Made by a program: the position numbers and the translations under genes
The notes under the pieces: model-generated
The model's database searches: none
What the model saw: only the letters and a program-made list of their open reading frames with translations
Told to the model about the DNA's origin: nothing
Part shown: positions 30,706 to 45,516 of the stretch, in pieces
How positions within the stretch are numbered: the first letter of the stretch is position 1
How the letters are laid out: each line of letters starts with the position of its first letter
Source: Myxococcales bacterium
Lineage (GTDB): Bacteria > Myxococcota_A > Polyangia > Polyangiales > DASUME01
Assembly (NCBI GenBank): GCA_047601445.1
Contig: JASGJH010000001.1
Coordinates: 7,168,001-7,232,000 of the forward strand
Length of the DNA stretch: 64,000 nt
Direction: 5' to 3'

Positions 30706-32336
30706 GCGACGCTTCCTGGACGCTCCGGGAGCGCCACACCGCCCTCGAGCGGCTCGCGCGCGAGGGGATCGAGCTCGCAGTGATCGGCGGTGGCATCACC
30801 GGAGCGGGCGTGTTGCGCGACGCCGCCTTGCGCGGGCTCTCGTGCGCGTTGTTCGAGCGCGAAGACTTCGCCTCGGGCACCTCGAGCCACACCTCCAAGA
30901 TGATCCACGGCGGGCTGCGCTACATCGCCGAGGGACAACTCGGCGTCACGCGCGAGTCGTGCCTGGAACGAGAGCTCCTGGCGCGCCTGAACCCAAACCT
31001 CGTGCACCCGCTGCCCTTCCTGTTCTGTGCCTTCGAGAACGGACTCAAGCCCTGGCAGGTGGTGGCGGGCATGAGCCTCTACAGCGCCCTGTCGGGCTTC
31101 AAGAGCGGCTTCTCTCTGCTCTCGGGAGACGACGTGGAGCGCCTCAGCCGCGACGTGCGCAAGGACATCCTGCGGCGCGCCGCGCTCTATCACGACCAGC
31201 AGGTCGACGACGCGCGCATCGTGCTCGAGACCGTGAAGGACGCTCGACGCGTGGGCGCCGAGGCCATTTCGCACGCGGACGTGGTGGGCTTCGACAAGCA
31301 AGGCGAGCGCATCACGGGCTTGAGGGTGCGCGACCGCCTGAGCGGTCGTGAGTTCTCGATCCGCGCGGGCAGCGTGGTGAATGCCGCGGGCCCCTCCGCT
31401 GACCGCGTGCGCGAGCTCGACGCGGCGCTGGCCGTACACGAGCTGAGGCCTGCCAAGGGCGTACATCTGGTGATCGAGCGCTCGCGCGTGCATGCGGAGG
31501 CGGCCGTGGCGTTCCAGGCGCCCGACAAGCGCCATATGTTCCTGTGCCCTTACCAGGACGTGCACTTGATCGGCACCACCGACACCTTCACCGACGAGAT
31601 CGACGAGCCCACCGTCACGCGCAAAGATCTGCACTACCTGCTGGCCGCTACCAATCGCATGTTCTCGAGTCCGCCGCTCGTCGAGCACGATGTGATCAGC
31701 GTCTTCGCCGGGGTGCGCCCGCTGGTGGCCGATGCCCATGCCGAAGTGCCCGCGTCCAGCGTGTCACGCGAGCACCGCATCACACTCGACCCGTCGGGGC
31801 TGCTCTCGGTGGCGGGCGGGAAGCTCACCACGCACCGGCACATGTCCGAGCAGATCGTGGATCGCGTGCTGGAGCAGCTCGGGCCCGAACGGCGCCGAAG
31901 CTTGAAGCCCTGCCAGACCAAGCTGCGCCCGCTGCGCGCGGACCGCTTCGAGTTCGGCGCACTCCAGGCCGAGCTCACGCAACGCTTCGAGCTCGATCCC
32001 GGGAGCAGCGCGCGCTTGATCGGGAGCTGGGGCGCGGACGCGGTCGCCATCTTTGCCAACGCTCCACCCGAGCAGCGCAGGCCGATCGGTTCGTCCCGCT
32101 ACTATCCCTGTGAGGTGGCGCGTGCGTTCAGCCACGAATGCGCCGCGAACCTGTGCGACGTGCTCGAGCGCCGCGTGCGTGTGGCCGTCTTCGCACGCGG
32201 GCAAGGGTTGCCCGAGCTCGCTGCGTTGGCCCAGGTGGCCGCCGAGGTGGCAGGCTGGGACGACGCGCGCACGCGCGACGAAATGCAGCGCTACCGCGAG
32301 CTCGTGCAGCGTCGTTATCGGGTGCAGGCATCGTGA
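30702..32336 (+). CDS. glpD: FAD-dependent glycerol-3-phosphate dehydrogenase/oxidase family protein
   Basis: IGGGITGAG, DFASGTSS.TSKMIHGGLRY, DDAR, VNAAGP, KGVHL, IGTTD, AGVRPL and GGKLTT.R. GTGA overlap with the upstream gene. Confidence 0.88.
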   Translation: MSDASWTLRERHTALERLAREGIELAVIGGGITGAGVLRDAALRGLSCALFEREDFASGTSSHTSKMIHGGLRYIAEGQLGVTRESCLERELLARLNPNLVHPLPFLFCAFENGLKPWQVVAGMSLYSALSGFKSGFSLLSGDDVERLSRDVRKDILRRAALYHDQQVDDARIVLETVKDARRVGAEAISHADVVGFDKQGERITGLRVRDRLSGREFSIRAGSVVNAAGPSADRVRELDAALAVHELRPAKGVHLVIERSRVHAEAAVAFQAPDKRHMFLCPYQDVHLIGTTDTFTDEIDEPTVTRKDLHYLLAATNRMFSSPPLVEHDVISVFAGVRPLVADAHAEVPASSVSREHRITLDPSGLLSVAGGKLTTHRHMSEQIVDRVLEQLGPERRRSLKPCQTKLRPLRADRFEFGALQAELTQRFELDPGSSARLIGSWGADAVAIFANAPPEQRRPIGSSRYYPCEVARAFSHECAANLCDVLERRVRVAVFARGQGLPELAALAQVAAEVAGWDDARTRDEMQRYRELVQRRYRVQAS

Positions 32337-33256
32337 GTCAAACCGTCGTCATCGTGAATCCCCACAGCCGCTCCGGTGAGATCGGTCGACGTCTGCCCGA
32401 GCTCGAACGACTCCTGCAGCGCCACGTCCCCGACCACCGCGTCGTGCTCACCGAACGTGAGGGCGACGGTCGGCGCCTGGCTCAGGTGGCGCTCGCGGCG
32501 GGTGCAAGTCGGGTAGCAGTGGCGGGCGGCGATGGAACCACGAGCGAAGTCGTGAGCGGCCTGTTCGCAGCCCACGAGCGACCGGCGGTAGAGCTAGCGA
32601 TCTTGCCCTGTGGCTCGGGGGGAGACTTCGGGCGCCTGCTCGGCTTGGGCCGCGATCTCGAAGTTGCCGTGGCCAGGCTCGCCTCGGGAAAGCGTCGCCA
32701 AGTCGACGTGGGCCGCGTCAGCTATCGAGGTGCGGACGATCGCCCCGAAGTGCGCTGGTTCCTCAACATCGCGAGCTTCGGCATGAGCGCAGACGCGGCG
32801 CACTGGCTGGCGGAGCAGGGGCGCCGTGGCAAGCGCGGTCCGCTTTCGTACATCGAGTCCGGTCTACGCGGGGTGTTCTCCTACGACCCGAAGCCTGTGC
32901 GTGTGAAGGTGGACGGAGAGCTCGTGCACACGGGAAAGCTCTTCCTTGGAGCTGCGGCCAATGGGCAGTACTTCGGCGCCGGCATGCAGATTGCGCCTCA
33001 CGCCCGTCCCGACGATGGAGTCTTCGACGTGGTGCTGGCGGGCCAGCTCGGCAAGGCGCAAGCGCTCTGGCTGTTTCCCAAGTTGCAGAACGGTCGCCAT
33101 CTGGGAGATTGCCACATCAAGGTATCGCGCGGCAAGTTGGTGGAGCTCGAGAGCGACGACGAGATCTGGCTCGAGGCCGACGGAGAACCACTCGGTCGTT
33201 TGCCCGCCCGGCTAGAGCTGTTGCCATTGGCTCTTACGCTTGGTGGTCTGCCTTAA
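32333..33256 (+). CDS. Diacylglycerol kinase-family (YegS/DgkB-like) lipid kinase
   Basis: IVNP.S, AGGDGT..EV, LPCGSGGDF, NG.YFG.GM..AP and EADGE. GTGA overlap with glpD. Confidence 0.9.
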   Translation: MSQTVVIVNPHSRSGEIGRRLPELERLLQRHVPDHRVVLTEREGDGRRLAQVALAAGASRVAVAGGDGTTSEVVSGLFAAHERPAVELAILPCGSGGDFGRLLGLGRDLEVAVARLASGKRRQVDVGRVSYRGADDRPEVRWFLNIASFGMSADAAHWLAEQGRRGKRGPLSYIESGLRGVFSYDPKPVRVKVDGELVHTGKLFLGAAANGQYFGAGMQIAPHARPDDGVFDVVLAGQLGKAQALWLFPKLQNGRHLGDCHIKVSRGKLVELESDDEIWLEADGEPLGRLPARLELLPLALTLGGLP

Positions 33257-33435
33257 AGAAACCGATCGAGGGTGCCACAGTGTGCTCGCTGCGCGCGCGT
33301 CGCGTGAGGGGCTGCCCACGTGAACCGATGCGATCCCTCGCGCGCTGTGGCTGGCGCACGCCTTGCTCTGGGGAGGCTCGTGCGCGCGCCTTTGCCCGCG
33401 GGCCACTCGTGCGCTTCGACCGAAGGGGTTCAGAC

Positions 33436-34161
33436 ATGGTGCATTCAACGCGGATTTTGCTGTCGTGCTGCGGTGTGTTGGCTGTCCTGAACGTGGGCTG
33501 CGGTGACAGCGGACCGAGCGGTGCCACGTCCGCCTCGGAGATGAGTAAGCCCGACGGCCACCAGCACGGCGGCGGAGATGCCGCTACCAACCAGGAAACG
33601 CCGAGCGACGCGGGCAGCACTCCTTCCCACAGCTTCCGCGAAGCTTGCCTCGCGGCTTGTCACGCCCAGAGTGCGTGCCTCGGCTTCTCGGACAGCGATT
33701 GCATGGATTCGTGCGAGGCGCAGGCGCAGGCGCAGGCGAGTAGCTGTCAGCCGGCAGCCACCGCCGAGCAAGATTGTCTGGCCGGTCTCACGTGTGAACA
33801 GGCCAAGGCGTACGGCACCCAGGGCCGTCGTCAGCACGCCCAGTGCGGAGCCCAGGCGCGCGCCTACTTCGCAGCCTGCACCCTCGATGGCGGAAGCACG
33901 CCCGCGGCCTGCAGCGCCCTGTGCGCGCGCTACGACGCCTGCGGCGCGTCGATGGTGAGCGTCCCCGCCTGCGAGGAGAAGTGCATCCTGCAGGTCAGCT
34001 CCTATCACGCCACCAGCGGCGGCTGCGGCGACGCTTTCCTCACGTTCATCGGCTGCGGTGCGCAAGCAAGCTGCGGCGAGGTCAAAGACCTCGCCGCAAC
34101 CAGCACCTCCCCCGCCGCATGCGATGAGAAGCTCACGGCGATGGAAAAGGCCTGCCAGTAA
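33436..34161 (+). CDS. Cys-rich lipoprotein with two internal repeats
   Basis: Lipobox NVGC and two helical C..C....C...C...C modules. Confidence 0.75.
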   Translation: MVHSTRILLSCCGVLAVLNVGCGDSGPSGATSASEMSKPDGHQHGGGDAATNQETPSDAGSTPSHSFREACLAACHAQSACLGFSDSDCMDSCEAQAQAQASSCQPAATAEQDCLAGLTCEQAKAYGTQGRRQHAQCGAQARAYFAACTLDGGSTPAACSALCARYDACGASMVSVPACEEKCILQVSSYHATSGGCGDAFLTFIGCGAQASCGEVKDLAATSTSPAACDEKLTAMEKACQ

Positions 34162-34315
34162 GAACGGAGGCGGAGGCGGAGGCGGTGGCCGTGGCGGCAC
34201 ACACGCCAGCGGCCGCCGAGGCAGCCGCGGATTTCGCCACTGCCACTGCCACGGATTGCGCCCCGGGTCACGGCTATGGGCGCATGGCTCTCGAGCGGAT
34301 TACACTCGGGCCGAC

Positions 34316-34897
34316 GTGACGAAAAAGAGGCTCAAGGTCGTCGAAGCCCGGAACGAGAAGCTCGGTCGCCCCAACATCATGGATCGCGCGCTAGCCCACC
34401 GTTACGGCACGCCGTACGTGTACCTGGTCGCGTTCGCCATTGACGTGGACCGCGTGCACGAGCTCGACCCGCAGGATGGTTCGCTGCCGTTCGGCTGGGA
34501 GGTCTGGTTGGTGGAGCGCTACCTCACCAATCTGTTCGTCGACTTCGCCCGCGGCGTGCTGCCGAGCGACCCGGTGCAGATGGTGGAGCACGCCTGCCTG
34601 GCCGTGATGGATTTGCCACGCGTGAAGCCCGGCCAGGCCGCCCCGTTCGGGAGCCAGCTGCCCTTTGCCGTGTATGCGGGCGTGGCGCGTAAGCATCTGC
34701 CGAACCGCCTGGGCGACTGCTTCCAGACCTGGAAGAAGCCGCCGGTCGATCTGCTCGACGATCTGCGCACCATCGACGTCCAGACTGGCGGGCCTGAGCG
34801 CCTGGTGCAGTTTTGCCTGGGCTCGAACGTGCAGCCTGGACTCATTCAACCCGTCCAGGACGCGCTCCGTAGCCTGCTCGAGGCGCAGCCCGAGTGA
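34316..34897 (+). CDS. Hypothetical protein
   Basis: Host-like codon usage from GTG 34316; no recognisable motif. Confidence 0.65.
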   Translation: MTKKRLKVVEARNEKLGRPNIMDRALAHRYGTPYVYLVAFAIDVDRVHELDPQDGSLPFGWEVWLVERYLTNLFVDFARGVLPSDPVQMVEHACLAVMDLPRVKPGQAAPFGSQLPFAVYAGVARKHLPNRLGDCFQTWKKPPVDLLDDLRTIDVQTGGPERLVQFCLGSNVQPGLIQPVQDALRSLLEAQPE

Positions 34898-34986
34898 CCG
34901 CTCCGCGCGTCTGGTCGAAGCGGTGAATACGCTGGATCGCAGGGAGAAGCGCGGGCTCCTGCGCTTCGAATGAGGAGCCGACGCGT

Positions 34987-36237
34987 TCACTTCTTGAGCG
35001 ATGTGATCCAGTCCTTCACTTGCTTGAGTCCCGTCTCGTCCGCTACTTCGGTCCCGATCGGTGGCATCTGCAGCGTGCCCTCGCCACGCTGGCTCGCGCG
35101 GATCACCATCTCACTCTTGTCCGGATAGCCGGGCTCGATGATGTGCAGGTCGGGCAGGACCGAGTTCGGTTGGAGCACCGTGGTGCTGTAGCCCAGCGTG
35201 TGTTCCAGGGTGTCGAGCTTGTCGGTGCGCTCCCAGAAGATGGGCCCACCCGTGCGCGGGCCCCGCTTGAGGATCTGCTCGTAGGCCGTGGTGCCCGGGC
35301 GGTGGCAATGGCCGCAGTTGGCGTGCAAGTAGCCGAGGGCGTTCTCGGCCAGGGTGCCGCCGGGGATCTTGAAATTGGCCGCGGGCGGCTTGCTGAGGCG
35401 CCCCTCGCGCGCGAGGGACATCAGGTTCCTGCCCGAAAGGTCGTGCGAGAGCTGCAGCGCGCTCACGCCGAGCAACACACCTTGACTGTTGTGGCAGCGC
35501 ACGCACTGGGTTTGGTCCGGGATATCGTGGGCGGTGCCCAGCGCGTTGGCTTGTCCCGCGGGCACGGCGTCGGCGTCGCGTTGGTCCGCGCGCCAGCGGT
35601 AGGCCACCATGACCCAGCGATCTTCGGCCGCCTTGTGCAGCATGCGAGTCTCCACGCGCACGCCATCGACGCGGAACTCCTTCCAGGCCTTGGTGCCCAC
35701 CGGGAAATTCCAGGCATCCATGTCGCTGGTGTCGATCTGCTTGCCGACCGGCAAACGCAGCCAACGGCGCTTGATCGCTCCGTCGGACCACAGCACGAAG
35801 TGCGGTTGGAAGCTCATCACGTCGCCGCGCACGACGTCGTATTGGATGCTTTGGTATAGCCCTGTCTGCGACAGCAGCTCCGGATAGCCGCCATCACTCA
35901 ACGGGCCTTCGACGTCCGCGTCCGAGCCGGCATCAGTCTGGGCATCCGCGTGCGCACCCGCGTCGCTTGGCGCCGCGTCCATTTCGTGCCCGGCGTCTCC
36001 TTCATGCCCTGCGTCGAGGATGAGCGCGGGCGAGGCGTCCTGACCGGCGTCCTCTGGCTCCTCCACCGGCATCTCGTCGACCCCGCGATCGAAGGAGCCG
36101 TCGAACCCTGCGTCCTCGAGCTCGGGCGCTCCGCGCCGCCCGGTGGCGTGCGTGTCCAGCGTGCACCCCGCGAGTGCCAGGCAAGCCGACAGGAGAAGCG
36201 ACGAGGCGCGCCGTCGCATGCGGTTGGGCTCAGTCAT
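34987..36237 (-). CDS. Diheme c-type cytochrome lipoprotein (SO2930-like)
   Basis: Lipobox LAGC, LSQTGLY, LWSDGA.KRRW, FPVGT..WKEF, VETR, two heme motifs (CVRCH, CGHCH) and QMPPIG. Confidence 0.85.
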   Translation of the reverse strand: MTEPNRMRRRASSLLLSACLALAGCTLDTHATGRRGAPELEDAGFDGSFDRGVDEMPVEEPEDAGQDASPALILDAGHEGDAGHEMDAAPSDAGAHADAQTDAGSDADVEGPLSDGGYPELLSQTGLYQSIQYDVVRGDVMSFQPHFVLWSDGAIKRRWLRLPVGKQIDTSDMDAWNFPVGTKAWKEFRVDGVRVETRMLHKAAEDRWVMVAYRWRADQRDADAVPAGQANALGTAHDIPDQTQCVRCHNSQGVLLGVSALQLSHDLSGRNLMSLAREGRLSKPPAANFKIPGGTLAENALGYLHANCGHCHRPGTTAYEQILKRGPRTGGPIFWERTDKLDTLEHTLGYSTTVLQPNSVLPDLHIIEPGYPDKSEMVIRASQRGEGTLQMPPIGTEVADETGLKQVKDWITSLKK

Positions 36238-37132
36238 TTTTCGCCCCCGCTCGGATCCAGCTGCGGAACACTTCGATCTGCGTGTCGCTCAAGGCCGGGT
36301 AGTTGTCTGGCATGCGCACGCCGCAGTCGGCGGTTCCTTCGAGCTTGTGGATGATCAAGCTCTTCGTCGGATCGCCGGGTTTGACGCGCACCTGGCCGGT
36401 TCCGCCGCAGTCGATGCCCGCCGCGGAGACGTTGACCAGGTTCTGATAGGCCTTGTCCTGCGAAGACATGTCGAGGTGTCCGAGCTGGAAGCCGATGTGG
36501 TCCGCCACGTGGCAGAACGCGCAGTGCTTCCAAATAATGGCGTAGACCTTGGTGAACGTGGTGGTGGGCGGCTTGGTGGTGCCCGCGTCGGTGGTGCCCG
36601 CATCGGGCTTGGTGCCCGCGTCGGTGGTGCCCGCATCGGGCTTGGTGCCCGCGTCGGTGGTGCCTGCATCGGGCTTGGTGCCCGCGTCGGTGGTGCCCGC
36701 ATCGGGCTTGGTGGTGCCTGCGTCGGTCGAGCCTGCATCAGGCTTGGTGGTGCCTGCGTCAGGCTTGGTGGTGCCCGCGTCGGTGGTGCCCGCATCCTTG
36801 GGCACGCTGGCGTCAGGCCGAGCTGTGCCTGCGTCACTCGTGCCTGCATCCGAGCCCACGGCCCGTGCCGGCGGCATGCTTGTCTGGGCATCGCTCGGTA
36901 CCGCAGCATCGCGCGGTCCCGCGTCGAGGCGCGGGCCGGGCAGAGCCATCGTGCCTGCATCCTCGGACTCCGGGTCGCTGTCCGAGTCGTGAGACCCCGT
37001 GTCCGGGGTGTCGGCGTCCAGCCACTCATGCTGGGTCAGTTGTTCGTGGTCCGCTTCCTCCGGTGCGCAGGCGGCGCCGAGAAGACAGCTCGCACCAAAA
37101 AGTCTCAGTAGCGTAAGGGAGTAATTGCGCAT
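36230..37132 (-). CDS. Monoheme c-type cytochrome lipoprotein on a long DAGT-repeat tether
   Basis: Lipobox GAAC, tandem PDAGTTDAGTK, CAFCH, VKPGDP.KSLI..KL, RMP and WI..GA. Confidence 0.8.
   Translation of the reverse strand: MRNYSLTLLRLFGASCLLGAACAPEEADHEQLTQHEWLDADTPDTGSHDSDSDPESEDAGTMALPGPRLDAGPRDAAVPSDAQTSMPPARAVGSDAGTSDAGTARPDASVPKDAGTTDAGTTKPDAGTTKPDAGSTDAGTTKPDAGTTDAGTKPDAGTTDAGTKPDAGTTDAGTKPDAGTTDAGTTKPPTTTFTKVYAIIWKHCAFCHVADHIGFQLGHLDMSSQDKAYQNLVNVSAAGIDCGGTGQVRVKPGDPTKSLIIHKLEGTADCGVRMPDNYPALSDTQIEVFRSWIRAGAKND
36571..36797. repeat. Coding tandem repeat with a 33-bp unit (PDAGTTDAGTK); about 4 near-perfect copies plus degenerate copies
   Basis: GGTGCCCGCGTCGGTGGTGCCCGCATCGGGCTT is repeated head-to-tail. 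Confidence 0.9.
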
Positions 37133-37444
37133 CGCGTCTCCATCCGTGACGACCCGAGGAGAACGCAGAGCAAGAGGTATTCCCCGCTCACTTGGCGAGG
37201 TTTGGAACAGGAATCGACAGGCGCGAATTCACGAGCGGATTCAGCGCGACGCACGCCTTCGAACGCGGCCGCGAAGCGCGTCCATGAGAGCGCGCACGGC
37301 GAAGCGTGCGAACACGAGCGAATGGCAACCAAACGGCCTCATTGCGCCCAGATCAGCTCGCGCGTGGACCACGATTGCGCAGCGATCTCGGCTTTGGCCA
37401 CGGTGCATCGCCACGTGCGATCGATGGCGCGCACGTGCGCGTGC

Positions 37445-38598
<1,154 letters not shown>

Positions 38599-38602
<4 letters not shown>

Positions 38603-39189
38603 GTTGTACTCCCAGCGACAGTCGAGACGATGAATGCGGTCAGCTCGCTGAGCGAGCCGGTAAACTGCGGTTGCGCGCGCGCGATGGCGGCCTCCGGCAT
38701 CAAGGGCATCTGCGCCGACTCGGGGCTCTGCACGGCGACCAGGCCGCCGTTCTCGCGCACGCACTGGGCGCCGCGCGCGCCATCCTCGTTGGCGCCCGTG
38801 AGCACCACGGCCAACAGGCTCGGACCGAATACCTGCGCGGCCGACTCGAACAACACATCGATGGAAGGACGCGAGTAGTGCTCCGGCGCGTCGATCGAGA
38901 GGGCCAGGGTGGTCTCGGACTCCACCAGCATGTGATAGTCCGGTGGTGCGAACCAGACGCTGCCCGCGCCGAACGACGCCTGATCGCTCGCTTCACGCAC
39001 GGAGAGGGGGCACAGAGACGAGAAAATCTCGCACAGCAAGCTCGGTTTGCGCGGCGGCAGATGAACCACCACGAACACAGGGGCTGCAAAGTTGGCCGGC
39101 AGAGCTGGCAAGACCACGCGCAGGGCTTCGATGGCCCCTGCAGAGGCGCCAACCACCACGGCTCGGATGGGGCTCGGGTGTTTCAGCAT
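38599..39189 (-). CDS. cheB: Stand-alone CheB methylesterase catalytic domain, no REC
   Basis: GASAGA (Ser), VVHL (His), APPDYH, RPSIDVLFESAA and LTGANEDGA (Asp). Confidence 0.92.
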
Positions 39190-39991
39190 CGCTGGTACCA
39201 GCCCGCCTTCTCGCTGCGCTCCCGGAACGCACCCGCGTGCGTCGAGAAGCGCAGCGACTCCTTGGAGCCGAGCCCAAGGAAGCCCTTGCGACACAGCGAC
39301 TCCCGAAAGAGGCCCACGGTGCGGTCCTGCAGCTGACGGTCGAAGTAGATGAGCACGTTGCGGCAGGACACCAGCTGCACCTCGGCGAACACGTTGTCCG
39401 TGGCCAGGCTGTGATCCGAGAACACCGCGCGCTGCACCAGACTGCGGTCGAACACGGCCGACCCGTAGGCAGCGGTGTAGTACTCCGAGAGGGAGCAGCG
39501 TGCGCCCGACTGCCGGTGGTTCTCGGTGAAGGTAGGGATCCGATCGATGCCGTAGACACCGGCCTCGGCTTTGCGCAGGGCATCCGGGTTGATGTCGGTG
39601 GCGTAGATCAGGCTGCGCTCGAGCAGGCCTTCCTCGCGCAGCACGATCGCGAGCGAGTAGACCTCTTCGCCGGAGCTACAGCCCGCCACCCAGACGCGAA
39701 TCGAAGGGTAGGTGTGGAGAATCGGCACGATATGCTCGCGCAGGGCGCGATAGTAGGCCGGGTCCCGGAACAAATCGCTCACCGGCACGGTCATCAATTG
39801 CAAGAGCCGCGTGAACTGCTCGGGCTGGAAGGCCAGGAGCTCGTCCAGCTCGGGCAAGCTCTCGCAGCGCAGGTCGCCCAGCGCGCGCGAGAGTCGGCGG
39901 CGCAGCGAGGCGCGGGCGTAGGAGCGGAAGTCGTAGTGGAAGCGTCGGTAGATCGACTCCAGAAAGGTATCCAGCTGTCGATCGTCGAAGT

Positions 39992-39995
<4 letters not shown>
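39183..39995 (-). CDS. cheR: CheR protein-glutamate methyltransferase
   Basis: YDFR.YA..SL.RR, FRDP, RVWVAGCSSGEEVYS, YATDI, CRNVLIYF and LGSKES. Confidence 0.95.
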
Positions 39996-43492
<3,497 letters not shown>

Positions 43493-43679
43493 GGCGGGCT
43501 TCGTGAGCGTACTGCTCCGCGCGAACCTTGCCCTTACTTACTTGTCCCAAGAATAGAAAAAGTCCGCACACAGGTTCTGCTGCCGACTAGGGCCGCGTGG
43601 AATCCGCCGACCAGGTTGCCCCAGTGGGGCAAAACTGCGATGGCTGCCGAACAATTGCCCTTAGCGCGTATGGGCTCCC

Positions 43680-44252
43680 TTACTCGGATGCGGACGCGCG
43701 GGCCCGGCTGCCGAACGCTTGCACCGCGGCGGCCGAAATCGTGCGTGACTCCGGCGGCGCTACCGTGCTGCCACTCGGAACGCTCTTCATGATCACGGTG
43801 TTGGCGCCGATTTTCACGTGATCTCCCACGCGTACCTTGCCGAGCACGCGCGCGCCGACGTAGATATCGACGTGGTCGCCGACCGTGGGGAACATGCCCT
43901 CGCTGTTGGCGTTCGTGCCGAGCGTGACCTCGTGGAAGATCAGGCAGTCTTCACCGATCACGCAGGAGCCGATGATCACGCTCCACGGGTGGATCAGGCA
44001 CAGGCCCGGGCCGATCTGGGCGTCCGGGCTGATGCGCAAGTTGAAGCCGACGCGCCAGACGGTGTCCATGGCCCGCTGCGGGACATGCACCAGCAGCCGG
44101 AGAGGGCGAGGGACCGCGCGCACCCAAACTCCGAGTCGATGCGTGGCGCCGGCCCAGAAGCCCAGGTTTCTGAGCGGCCCGCCGAAGCCGGCGTAGCGGC
44201 GCGCGTCCCGGCGCAGGTCGTGCACGAGTTTCTTGCTGGCCTGGTACATCAT
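43680..44252 (-). CDS. CysE/LbH-family hexapeptide-repeat acyltransferase
   Basis: ISPDAQIGPGLCLIHP...IGEDCLIFHEVTLG...PTVGDHVDIYVGARVLG.VRVGDHVKIGANTVI...VP. Confidence 0.88.
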   Translation of the reverse strand: MMYQASKKLVHDLRRDARRYAGFGGPLRNLGFWAGATHRLGVWVRAVPRPLRLLVHVPQRAMDTVWRVGFNLRISPDAQIGPGLCLIHPWSVIIGSCVIGEDCLIFHEVTLGTNANSEGMFPTVGDHVDIYVGARVLGKVRVGDHVKIGANTVIMKSVPSGSTVAPPESRTISAAAVQAFGSRARASASE

Positions 44253-44340
44253 GGGGGGATCTCCTGGGAAGAGGCCGCGAGACGCGCGGTCGCGCGTGAG
44301 CCCGGGCTCGCGCTCTCGTCGCGCACCGCCACAGCCGAAG

Positions 44341-45516
44341 TCATGCGTCGGCCGCGAGGACCAGCGCAGAGGTCGATCCCGTCCTCGAGCTCGCCGTGGT
44401 GAGCAGTGCTCCGCGCTCGATGCGCGCCGAGCGCTGCGTGTAGCGTGGCCCCGGCACGCGAGGGGTGGAGAGGCCCGCGATGGCGGGGGCCACGCCGCTG
44501 CGCAGCGCGGAGAGCCCGACCAGCACTTGCAACAGGCCGGCGGCGTCCATGCTCTCCCCGAGGTTGGCCTTGGGTGCGATCAGGGCAGGTGGCTTGGGCG
44601 ACGACGCGTAGAACATGGCGCACAGGGCGTGCGCGTGTGCCTCGTCGTCGCTCGGGAGACCGTTGGCTCCCGAGCTGATGAGCGCCACGTCGGCGGGGGA
44701 GAGCTCGGCGCGAGTCAACGCCCGCTGAGCGCTGTCGGCCAGGCTCATGCCGAGCGTCTCGGGCGACGGATGAAAGCCCGCCGCGTGCCCGAGCACCACG
44801 CCGTGAACATTGGCAGCGCGCTCGCGGGCGGCGGTCAAGGGTTCGACCACTAACGCGCAGGCGGCTTCGGCCAGCACCATGCCGCGGCTCTCGGCGTCGA
44901 ACACACGCGCTCCGTGGTGATCGCTGAGATTGGCGTCGCAGCCCAGACTGTGGCCCGCGAGCGGCGCGAAGGCCCCAACCACCAGGCAGGCTCGCAAGCG
45001 ACCGCTCTCCACCATGCGCGCTGCGAAGCCGAGCGCCTCGAGCCCGCCCGCAGCTCCCACGCTCAAGGTCACCGAGCAGCCGCGCATCCGAAACGCCAGG
45101 GCGCTCGCCGAGCCCGGGGCGCTGCCGATGGCGAGCGGCATCAACGCGGGGTTGGTGCGCTCCATGCCCTTGGTGACCAGTCCGAAGTCGTACTCCACCA
45201 GCGTATCCACATGACCATGGGTGGAGGCCATCACGAGCCCGAACTGCTCGCTCGGCACCTGATCGCTCCCGAGCCTGGCGTCCGAAAGCGCCAGCGTGGC
45301 GGCGCAGATGCCGAGCTGGGTGGTGCGGTTGTAGGCCCGCATGCCGCGCACGTTGGCGTAGCGCGACGCCTCGAAGTTCGGCACCATGAGGCTGCCCGCG
45401 CCCTGCTGCGTGAGCGCGCTCTGGCCCTCTCGCAAGCTCTCCATCAGCCGCGCCAGATCGTCGCCCAGCGGCGTGATCAAGCCCGCACCCGTGATCGCTG
45501 CGCGCGTGGACCTCAT
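44341..45516 (-). CDS. Catalytically inactive ketosynthase (chain-length-factor-like)
   Basis: KS fold (AITGAGLITPLG, AEAACALVVE) with the catalytic Cys position reading SVGAAGG and the His positions reading SSGANG and KANLGES. ATGA overlap with the KS gene. Confidence 0.85.
   Translation of the reverse strand: MRSTRAAITGAGLITPLGDDLARLMESLREGQSALTQQGAGSLMVPNFEASRYANVRGMRAYNRTTQLGICAATLALSDARLGSDQVPSEQFGLVMASTHGHVDTLVEYDFGLVTKGMERTNPALMPLAIGSAPGSASALAFRMRGCSVTLSVGAAGGLEALGFAARMVESGRLRACLVVGAFAPLAGHSLGCDANLSDHHGARVFDAESRGMVLAEAACALVVEPLTAARERAANVHGVVLGHAAGFHPSPETLGMSLADSAQRALTRAELSPADVALISSGANGLPSDDEAHAHALCAMFYASSPKPPALIAPKANLGESMDAAGLLQVLVGLSALRSGVAPAIAGLSTPRVPGPRYTQRSARIERGALLTTASSRTGSTSALVLAADA

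Noticed and set aside
34162..34260. GGCGGA and GCCACT microsatellite-like stretch
   Set aside because: It is short low-complexity intergenic sequence with no supportable function.
36571..36797. 33-bp repeats as a possible CRISPR array
   Set aside because: The repeats are head-to-tail without unique spacers, lie in frame inside a lipoprotein gene, and there are no cas genes.
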